Source of the DNA: Pseudolabrys sp.
GTDB lineage: Bacteria; Pseudomonadota; Alphaproteobacteria; Rhizobiales; Xanthobacteraceae
Assembly (NCBI GenBank): GCA_035701545.1
Contig: DASSRW010000077.1
Location: 688 to 64,687, forward strand
Direction of reading: 5' to 3'
DNA length: 64,000 bases
Of the stretch, positions 57,674 through 64,000 are shown in pieces (the first letter of the stretch is position 1; each line of letters begins with the position of its first letter). A program made the position numbers and the translations under genes. The notes beneath the pieces were generated by a model, which saw nothing but the letters and a program-made list of their open reading frames with translations, had not been told where the DNA came from and did not search any database.

Positions 57674-58792
57674 TCACTCGTGCGCAGAGAGCGCATTCAG
57701 AATGAGGCGGCCGGCTTCGGCGACATTCTGATTGCCGCGGTTGGTGAGGATCACCAGGCCGAGCTTGCGCTCGGGGATGAGGCCGAGATAGGTCGATGAG
57801 TTGTTCAGGCCGCCGTTCTTTTCGACGATCGGCGGATTGCTGTTGTAGTTGATCTCCCAGGCGAGGCCTTGGCCGTTTTTCGGGCTGATGGCGAAAAGGT
57901 CCTGCTGGGCGCGCCGCATGCCCTTTGCCAGCGCGGGATCAATGCGGAGCTCGCCGAGATTGGCGGCGACAAAGACGGCAAGGTCGCGTGCCGACGAGTA
58001 CATCTGCCCGGTGCCCGGAAAGTGATAGTAGGTCTGCTGGTCGCCGGGCTCTCCGATGCGCTCGCCCGATTCCGAATAGCCCTGGACGGCGCGTGCCATC
58101 AAATCCGGAGGAAGCTTCGCGCGTCCGTCGGCGCCGCGCGGCGGCAGCATCGTGGCGTGGAGACCGAGCGGCGCAATGATGCGCTTCTGCAGGAGCTCGG
58201 CAATCGGCTTGCCGAAGCGGCGCTCGAGCGCGAGCTGCAGCAGCACGTAACCCGCATGCGTATAGATGTGCTGCTTGCCCGGCGCCTGCTCGTCATCCTC
58301 CCGCCAGCGGTTCAGCGTGTCGATGAATTCAGGCAGCGTATATCCGCGGTCGGGCCAGGGCGGATGATCCTGCGGCAGCAGCAGGCCCGACGTATGCGTC
58401 GCCAATTGTCCGAGGGTGACGCGGCGAATGTCTTGCCCATGCTGAAGCTCGGTAACGTATTTCGCGACAGGATCGTCGAGGCTGAGCTCGCCTCGGTTTG
58501 CCGCCTCCGCGAGCAGGACGGCCTCAAATACCTTGCGGACCGACGCGAGATTAAAGAGCGAGTCGGAGGTGACGGGATGGCCGCTGGCATGGTCGGCCCA
58601 TCCATAGTTGAAAAACACCGTCCGCCCATCGATGCGGACCGCCACCGCGGCCCCCGTGTTTGAAATCAGGAGCGGCTGCACGCGACGCGCGACCAGATGC
58701 TCAATCTCGTCCCGCGTCGGCGTTGCACTGGTCGCAGCCATTGTGATGGCCACCGCGAGAATCGCTGGGCACGCCAGGAGCAGCCGGCTCAT
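57674..58792 (-). CDS. Class C beta-lactamase-like serine hydrolase
   Basis: Signal peptide; FNLASVRK (SxxK), LATHTSG, YTH at the YxN position, EKNGG at the KTG position. Confidence 0.82.
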   Translation of the reverse strand: MSRLLLACPAILAVAITMAATSATPTRDEIEHLVARRVQPLLISNTGAAVAVRIDGRTVFFNYGWADHASGHPVTSDSLFNLASVRKVFEAVLLAEAANRGELSLDDPVAKYVTELQHGQDIRRVTLGQLATHTSGLLLPQDHPPWPDRGYTLPEFIDTLNRWREDDEQAPGKQHIYTHAGYVLLQLALERRFGKPIAELLQKRIIAPLGLHATMLPPRGADGRAKLPPDLMARAVQGYSESGERIGEPGDQQTYYHFPGTGQMYSSARDLAVFVAANLGELRIDPALAKGMRRAQQDLFAISPKNGQGLAWEINYNSNPPIVEKNGGLNNSSTYLGLIPERKLGLVILTNRGNQNVAEAGRLILNALSAHE

Positions 58793-58848
58793 ACCGGCTG
58801 CAACCCGGCAGCGCGTATCGCGGTTCCTCTTTCCGGCCGGCGCGAGTT

Positions 58849-59100
58849 TTAATGCGCCGTGCCGGCCGGCTTGGGCGACGTGGTTCCGGATCCGGTCGTG
58901 GCCGGCGGCGTCGGCGACGATTTGCTCACGGCCGGCGTGTTATTCGAGGCCGTGCCGGTGTTCCTGCCGGTATTTGCCCACGAAAATATGACGATAATCG
59001 CTATCAGAATGAGCAGTCCGACGATCCAGCCGGTGTAGGTCGTGCCGCCGGCTGCCCGCCGGCTCGTGCGGTTCAGATTGGGGTCGTCAGGAAAGGTCAT
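58849..59100 (-). CDS. Small single-TM protein with Ser/Thr/Pro-rich tail
   Basis: 83 aa; WIVGLLILIAIIVIFSW TM; GGAG RBS; EcfG motif upstream. Confidence 0.8.
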   Translation of the reverse strand: MTFPDDPNLNRTSRRAAGGTTYTGWIVGLLILIAIIVIFSWANTGRNTGTASNNTPAVSKSSPTPPATTGSGTTSPKPAGTAH

Positions 59101-59127
59101 GGGTCGCCTCCATTGGTTTCAGGGACC

Positions 59128-59152
59128 AACGTGGCGGTGGCGGCGACGTTCC
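59128..59152 (-). promoter_or_regulatory. EcfG/sigmaT-type promoter GGAAC-N16-CGTT
   Basis: Minus strand GGAAC gtcgccgccaccgcca CGTT, 27 bp upstream of the ATG at 59100. Confidence 0.75.
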
Positions 59153-59273
59153 CCATCGGCAAAGCGGGGCCTGCTATGTGCTTGTTTTTCAAGCCCTGCG
59201 CCGGTCGGGGATCGGCGTCCGGCTCTTGTCGCGCCCTGAAAAGTCACGGACAATGAGGCGAGGGGACTTGCTG

Positions 59274-60029
59274 ATGGCCGATGACACGATCCTCGAAACG
59301 GAGGATCTCACGAAGGATTTTGCGGGATTTGTCGCCGTTAGCGGCGTCCATTTGCATGTCCGTTCCGGCACAATCCATGCCCTGATCGGTCCGAATGGCG
59401 CCGGCAAAACGACCTGCTTCAACTTGCTGACCAAGTTCTTGAGTCCGACCCGCGGCCGCATTCTGTTCAAAGGCCGCGACATCACCGCCATGCAGCCGGC
59501 GGACGTGGCCCGGCTCGGCCTTGTGCGGTCGTTTCAGATTTCGGCGATTTTTCCTCACATGAGCGTGCTCGAGAACGTGCGCATCGCGTTGCAGCGAAAG
59601 CGCGGCACCTCGTTCGACTTCTGGCATGCGTCTTCCGCGCTCGACGTTTTCAACGGCCGTGCGATGGAACTGATCACGGACGTCGGCCTGTCCTCCTACG
59701 CGAACTGGGCCGCAGCCGAACTGCCATACGGACGCAAGCGGGCGCTGGAGATCGCGACGACGCTCGCGCTCGATCCGGAAATGATGCTGCTCGACGAGCC
59801 GACCGCCGGGATGGCCCAGGAGGATATTGGCCGCATTTCGCAACTGATCAAGCGCGTTGCCGTTAACCGCACGGTGCTGATGGTGGAGCACAATTTGTCC
59901 GTTGTGGCCGACATTTCGGACCGCATCACGGTGCTGACGCGCGGGCGCGTGTTGGCCGAGGGCGACTACGAAGCGGTCTCCGGCAATTCGGAGGTTCGCG
60001 AGGCTTATCTTGGAGTAGGGAATGCTTGA
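59274..60029 (+). CDS. livG: Branched-chain amino acid ABC ATPase LivG-type
   Basis: GPNGAGKTT, LPYGRKR, LLDEPTAG, AYLG. Confidence 0.92.
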   Translation: MADDTILETEDLTKDFAGFVAVSGVHLHVRSGTIHALIGPNGAGKTTCFNLLTKFLSPTRGRILFKGRDITAMQPADVARLGLVRSFQISAIFPHMSVLENVRIALQRKRGTSFDFWHASSALDVFNGRAMELITDVGLSSYANWAAAELPYGRKRALEIATTLALDPEMMLLDEPTAGMAQEDIGRISQLIKRVAVNRTVLMVEHNLSVVADISDRITVLTRGRVLAEGDYEAVSGNSEVREAYLGVGNA

Positions 60030-60738
60030 CGTGCGCACGCCGCTGCTCGCGGTGGAGGGCCTGCAGGCCTGGTACGGTGAATCGCACATCTTGCACGGCG
60101 CAAATTTCAATGTTCACGAAGGAGAGGTCGTCACGCTGCTCGGCCGCAACGGCGCCGGCAAGACGACGACCCTGAAGTCGATCATGGGCATCGTCGGGCG
60201 CCGCGGCGGGTCTGTTCGCTTTGAGGGCCGGGAGCTGATCAGGTGCACGTCCGATCAGATTGCGCGCGCCGGTATCGCCTTTTGTCCGGAGGAACGCGGC
60301 ATTTTTTCCAGCCTCGGTGTCGAGGAAAATCTCCTGCTGCCGCCGGCCGTCAGGCCGGGCGGTCTGTCGCTCGAGCAGATTTTTGAGCTGTTTCCCAATC
60401 TCAGGAACCGGCTCGCCGCGAGCCAAGGAACGAAGCTGTCCGGCGGCGAGCAGCAGATGCTGGCGATCGGCCGAATCCTGCGTACCGGCGCGCGGCTTCT
60501 GCTGCTCGACGAGCCGACCGAAGGTCTTGCCCCCGTCATCATCCAGCAGATCGGCCGCACCATCCGCGCGCTGAAGGAGAAAGGCTTTACCATCCTGCTC
60601 GTCGAGCAGAATTTCCGTTTTGCCTCAACCGTGGCTGACCGCTACTACATCATGGAGCACGGCCGGATCGTCGATGATTTCGCCAACTGGGAGCTGGAGG
60701 CAAATACGGAAAAGCTTCACGCCTATCTCGGCGTATGA
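60022..60738 (+). CDS. livF: Branched-chain amino acid ABC ATPase LivF-type
   Basis: GRNGAGKTT, LSGGEQQM, LDEPTEGLAP. Confidence 0.92.
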   Translation: MLDVRTPLLAVEGLQAWYGESHILHGANFNVHEGEVVTLLGRNGAGKTTTLKSIMGIVGRRGGSVRFEGRELIRCTSDQIARAGIAFCPEERGIFSSLGVEENLLLPPAVRPGGLSLEQIFELFPNLRNRLAASQGTKLSGGEQQMLAIGRILRTGARLLLLDEPTEGLAPVIIQQIGRTIRALKEKGFTILLVEQNFRFASTVADRYYIMEHGRIVDDFANWELEANTEKLHAYLGV

Positions 60739-60802
60739 ACGAGAGCCGGACAAAGAGAGAGTTTGCAGGACTTCAAAAAAGCAAACACAAAGGAGGAACC
60801 AA

Positions 60803-62011
60803 ATGAGACGTTCTTTCGCGCTTGTCGCGCTTGCCGTCGCGTTGACGTGCGGCGCGGCGCAAGCCCAAAACAAGACGATCAAAATCGGCGTGCTCAGCGA
60901 CATGTCGAGCCTTTATGCCGCCATCGGCGGGCCGGGCTCGGTCGTGGCCGCGAAGATGGCGGTGGAGGACTCCGGCGTCGAGAAGAAGGGCCTCAAGGTC
61001 GAAATCCTGAGCGCCGATCACCAGAACAAGCCCGACATCGGCGCCAGCGTCGTGCGGCATTGGATCGACGTTGACCACGTTGATGCAATTGCCGATACAC
61101 CGACTTCCTCGGTCGCGCTCGCGGTCAGCCAGGTCGTCAAGGAGAAGAACAAGGTCTTCCTGATTTCCGGCGCGGGTAGCTCGGACCTGACCGGCAAGGC
61201 TTGCTCGCCGAACAACGTGCACTGGACCTACGACACGTGGGCGCTGGCGCACGGCACCGGCAAGGCCATCGTCGAGAGCGGGAAGAAGACGTGGTTCTTC
61301 CTCACCGCCGACTACGCCTTCGGCCACGCACTCGAACGCGATACCGCTGCGGTCGTGAAAGCGAACGGCGGCAAGGTGCTTGGCACGGTAAACGTCCCGT
61401 TCCCGGCAACCGACTTCTCCTCGTTCCTGCTGCAAGCGCAGGCGTCGAAAGCGCAGGTGATCGGGCTTGCCAACGCGGGCGGCGACACGATCAATGCGAT
61501 CAAGCAGGCGCACGAGTTCGGCATCGTCAAGGGCGGCCAAAGCCTCGCCGGCCTTCTGGTGTTCGTCACCGACGTGCACTCGCTCGGCCTGGAAACGTCG
61601 CAGGGCCTGCTTTTCACGACCGCCTATTACTGGGACCGCAACGACGCAAGCCGCAACTTCGGAAAGCGCTTTGCGAAGCAGCACAATGGCGCGATGCCCA
61701 CCATGGTGCAGGCCGGCGTGTATTCATCGGTGCTTGCTTATCTGAAGACGGTCGCGGCCATGGGCGGCAAAGCCGACGATGGCAAAGCGGTGATGGACAA
61801 GATGAAGTCAAAGCCGATCGACGATCCGCTGTTCGGGAAAGTAACGATCCGCCCGGACGGCCGCGCCATCCATGACATGTATCTCGTCGAGGTGAAGAAG
61901 CCTTCCGAGTCGAAGGGTGCGTGGGACTACCTGCATATTCGCGCCACCATCCCGGCCAAGGAGGCGTTCCGGCCTCTCAATGAGGGCGGCTGCCCCTTGG
62001 TGAAGGGATAA
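60803..62011 (+). CDS. LivK-type substrate-binding protein
   Basis: Signal peptide; KIGVLSDMS, ADHQNKPD, HWTYDTWALA; ATG after GGAGGA. Confidence 0.93.
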   Translation: MRRSFALVALAVALTCGAAQAQNKTIKIGVLSDMSSLYAAIGGPGSVVAAKMAVEDSGVEKKGLKVEILSADHQNKPDIGASVVRHWIDVDHVDAIADTPTSSVALAVSQVVKEKNKVFLISGAGSSDLTGKACSPNNVHWTYDTWALAHGTGKAIVESGKKTWFFLTADYAFGHALERDTAAVVKANGGKVLGTVNVPFPATDFSSFLLQAQASKAQVIGLANAGGDTINAIKQAHEFGIVKGGQSLAGLLVFVTDVHSLGLETSQGLLFTTAYYWDRNDASRNFGKRFAKQHNGAMPTMVQAGVYSSVLAYLKTVAAMGGKADDGKAVMDKMKSKPIDDPLFGKVTIRPDGRAIHDMYLVEVKKPSESKGAWDYLHIRATIPAKEAFRPLNEGGCPLVKG

Positions 62012-62025
62012 GGATTCGCGGCGTT

Positions 62026-62077
62026 GCCGCCTCGCTCCGAGGGCGCGCGGAAACGCACGCCCAGGGGGCGAGGCGGC
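62026..62077 (+). other. Intercistronic stem-loop with GAAA tetraloop after the SBP gene
   Basis: GCCGCCTCGC (62026-35)/GCGAGGCGGC (62068-77) outer stem, GGGCG/CGCCC inner stem; no U-tract. Confidence 0.6.
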
Positions 62078-62145
62078 CGGTTGGCTCCCGTATCTAGACG
62101 GGCTTTGCCGTCCATTCGCGGCGGCGAAGCCCAGGATCGATCCCC

Positions 62146-63033
62146 GTGTTCGAGATCTTCGGCATTCCTTCGACCGCCCTGTTCGGTCAGCTTCTCATCG
62201 GGCTGATCAACGGCTCGTTCTATGCGTTGCTGAGCCTGGGGCTCGCCGTCATCTTCGGCATGCTCAACATCATCAATTTCGCGCACGGCGCGCTTTACAT
62301 GCTGGGCGCCTTCACGGCCTTTCTGCTGCTTCACTATGCGGGCGTCGGCTATTGGTGGGCCCTTCTGATCGTGCCCATTATTGTCGGGATCGTTGGAGTG
62401 GTCATCGAGCGGCTGCTGCTGCAATGGCTCTACAAGCTGGATCACCTCTACGGGCTGTTGCTGACCTTCGGCCTTGCGTTGATTATCGAAGGCGTCTTCC
62501 GGAATTTCTTCGGCGCTTCCGGCCGTCCGTACCAAATTCCCGATGTCCTGCGCGGCGGCCAAAATCTCGGATTCATGTTTTTGCCGAACTACCGCGCCTG
62601 GGTCATATTCTTTTCGGTCATTGTCTGCTTCTCCACCTGGTTTTTGATTGAGCGGACTTCGCTCGGCGCGACGCTGCGCGCCGGGACCGAAAATCCGGTT
62701 CTGGTGCGCGCCTTCGGCATCAATGTGCCGCGCATGATCATGCTGACCTACGGCTTCGGTGCGGCGCTTGCCGCCCTGGCGGGCGTCATGGCGGCGCCGA
62801 TCTATAACGTGTCGCCCCAGATGGGCTCCGACCTCATCATCGTCGTGTTCGCTGTCGTGGTGATCGGCGGAATGGGCTCGATTCTCGGCGCGATCCTCAC
62901 CGGATTCGGCCTCGGCATCGTCGAGGGGCTCACCAAGGTGTTTTTCCCGGAGGCTTCCAACACGGTTGTGTTCGTCATCATGGCGATCGTGCTTCTGGTC
63001 AAGCCGGCGGGGCTGTTCGGGCGGAGAGGATGA
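62146..63033 (+). CDS. livH: LivH-type permease
   Basis: LGLAVIFGMLNIINFAHG, VIGGMGS. Confidence 0.93.
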   Translation: MFEIFGIPSTALFGQLLIGLINGSFYALLSLGLAVIFGMLNIINFAHGALYMLGAFTAFLLLHYAGVGYWWALLIVPIIVGIVGVVIERLLLQWLYKLDHLYGLLLTFGLALIIEGVFRNFFGASGRPYQIPDVLRGGQNLGFMFLPNYRAWVIFFSVIVCFSTWFLIERTSLGATLRAGTENPVLVRAFGINVPRMIMLTYGFGAALAALAGVMAAPIYNVSPQMGSDLIIVVFAVVVIGGMGSILGAILTGFGLGIVEGLTKVFFPEASNTVVFVIMAIVLLVKPAGLFGRRG

Positions 63034-64000
63034 TGGAGCGCGTCGTTGATCCGCTCACCGAAAACGAGTCTGCCTTGCGCGGACAGAGCGGACGCATTGC
63101 ATTTGTCATCATGGTTGCTGCGCTCATCGTTGCGCCCTTCGTGACCTATCCGCTTTTTCTGATGCAGGCGATGTGCTTTGCCCTGTTCGCCTGCGCGTTC
63201 AATCTGCTGATCGGCTATGTCGGCCTGCTTTCATTCGGCCATGCACTCTATTTCGGTTGGGCAAGCTATCTTTCGGCCTACGCGGCGAAGGCCTGGGGCC
63301 TGCCTCCGGCACTGGCCATCCTGACAGGGATGGCGACGGCGGCGGTCTGCGGCCTCGTCGCCGGCGCGCTGGCGATCCGCCGCCAGGGCATCTACTTCGC
63401 CATGATCACGCTGGCACTGGCGCAGATGATGTATTTCTTCGCGGTCCAGGCCGAATTTACCGGGGGTGAAGACGGCATTCAGGCGGTGCCGCGCGGCAAA
63501 TTGTTCGGCCTGATCGATCTGCAAAATGAAGCGGCCATGTATGTTGTCGTGCTGGTGATCTTTCTTGCCGGATTTTTGCTGATCTACCGCATCATCCATT
63601 CGCCTTTTGGCGAGGTGCTCAAGGCCATCCGGGAAAACGAAACGCGCGCGATCTCGCTCGGCTACAAGACCGAGCGTTACAAGCTGCTTGCGTTCGTGCT
63701 GTCCGCCACGCTCGCGGGGCTCGCAGGCGCCACCAAGGCGATCGTGCTTCAGCTTGCATCGCTCACCGACGTGAACTGGCCGATGTCCGGCGAGGTGGTC
63801 TTGATGACGCTTGTCGGAGGGCTCGGAACGATCTTCGGGCCGGTAGCTGGCGCGTTCATCATTCTGGTGATGCAATACAAGCTCGCGCCGCTCGGCGAAT
63901 GGGTGCTGGTGATTCAGGGCGCGATTTTCGTCGCCTGCGTTTTGCTGTTCCGCCGCGGCATCATCGGCGAACTTGCGAACCGGTTGCGCATTCGGGAACT
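63030..64000 (+). CDS. livM: LivM-type permease (partial, runs off window end)
   Basis: Manual translation MMERVV...FNLLIGYVGLLSFGHA...AIRENETRA...GGLGTIFGP; no stop before the window end. Confidence 0.9.
   Translation, partial: MMERVVDPLTENESALRGQSGRIAFVIMVAALIVAPFVTYPLFLMQAMCFALFACAFNLLIGYVGLLSFGHALYFGWASYLSAYAAKAWGLPPALAILTGMATAAVCGLVAGALAIRRQGIYFAMITLALAQMMYFFAVQAEFTGGEDGIQAVPRGKLFGLIDLQNEAAMYVVVLVIFLAGFLLIYRIIHSPFGEVLKAIRENETRAISLGYKTERYKLLAFVLSATLAGLAGATKAIVLQLASLTDVNWPMSGEVVLMTLVGGLGTIFGPVAGAFIILVMQYKLAPLGEWVLVIQGAIFVACVLLFRRGIIGELANRLRIRE

Noticed and set aside
250-63875. Many long antisense or alternate-frame ORFs (e.g. 3609..5117 -, 17221..18849 +, 25616..27748 +, 46779..48560 +)
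   Set aside because: Shadow ORFs typical of high-GC DNA; Arg/Ala/Pro-rich, no motifs, fully overlapping well-supported genes
1-64000. CRISPR arrays, tRNA/rRNA, IS elements, integrases, riboswitches
   Set aside because: No regularly spaced repeats, RNA gene signatures, transposase/recombinase motifs or recognisable aptamer cores seen by eye; Infernal/tRNAscan would be decisive

Overview
GC-rich alphaproteobacterial window, most likely Hyphomicrobiales (inferred from protein families, a GTCATTCC-type intergenic palindrome and GGAAC-N16-CGTT promoters). It has five blocks. (1) 1-25.3 kb: a dense catabolic region of unknown substrate, with two ThDP enzymes, two HpcH aldolases, a split AtuA/DUF1446 pair, Ldh_2 and D-2-hydroxyacid dehydrogenases, an MBL hydrolase, a non-CODH CoxMSL-type molybdenum hydroxylase with a distant CoxG, an M20 enzyme with a degenerate metal site, NitT/TauT-type and other ABC importers, and GntR and LysR regulators. 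(2) 25.6-29.3 kb: opgGH periplasmic glucan genes. (3) 29.4-40.1 kb: an amidase/CoA-transferase/SDR/hydrolase module converging on an SDR plus Liv-type importer. (4) 40.7-57 kb: a Wzx/Wzy exopolysaccharide locus with gmd-fcl, an AsnB-type amidotransferase, a TupA-like ATP-grasp ligase, a methyltransferase and a Tat-exported beta-helix protein, flanked by gene remnants; two of its transcription units have perfect EcfG (general stress response) promoter motifs. (5) 57.7-64 kb: an AmpC-like serine hydrolase, a small membrane protein with a perfect EcfG motif and a Liv-type ABC operon. I saw no rRNA, tRNA, CRISPR, transposase or integrase. The best candidates for undescribed biology are the probably stress-sigma-controlled, amide-decorated fucose-containing polysaccharide system and the AtuA/Mo-hydroxylase catabolic island. 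All calls come from reading motifs by eye; no database search was run.
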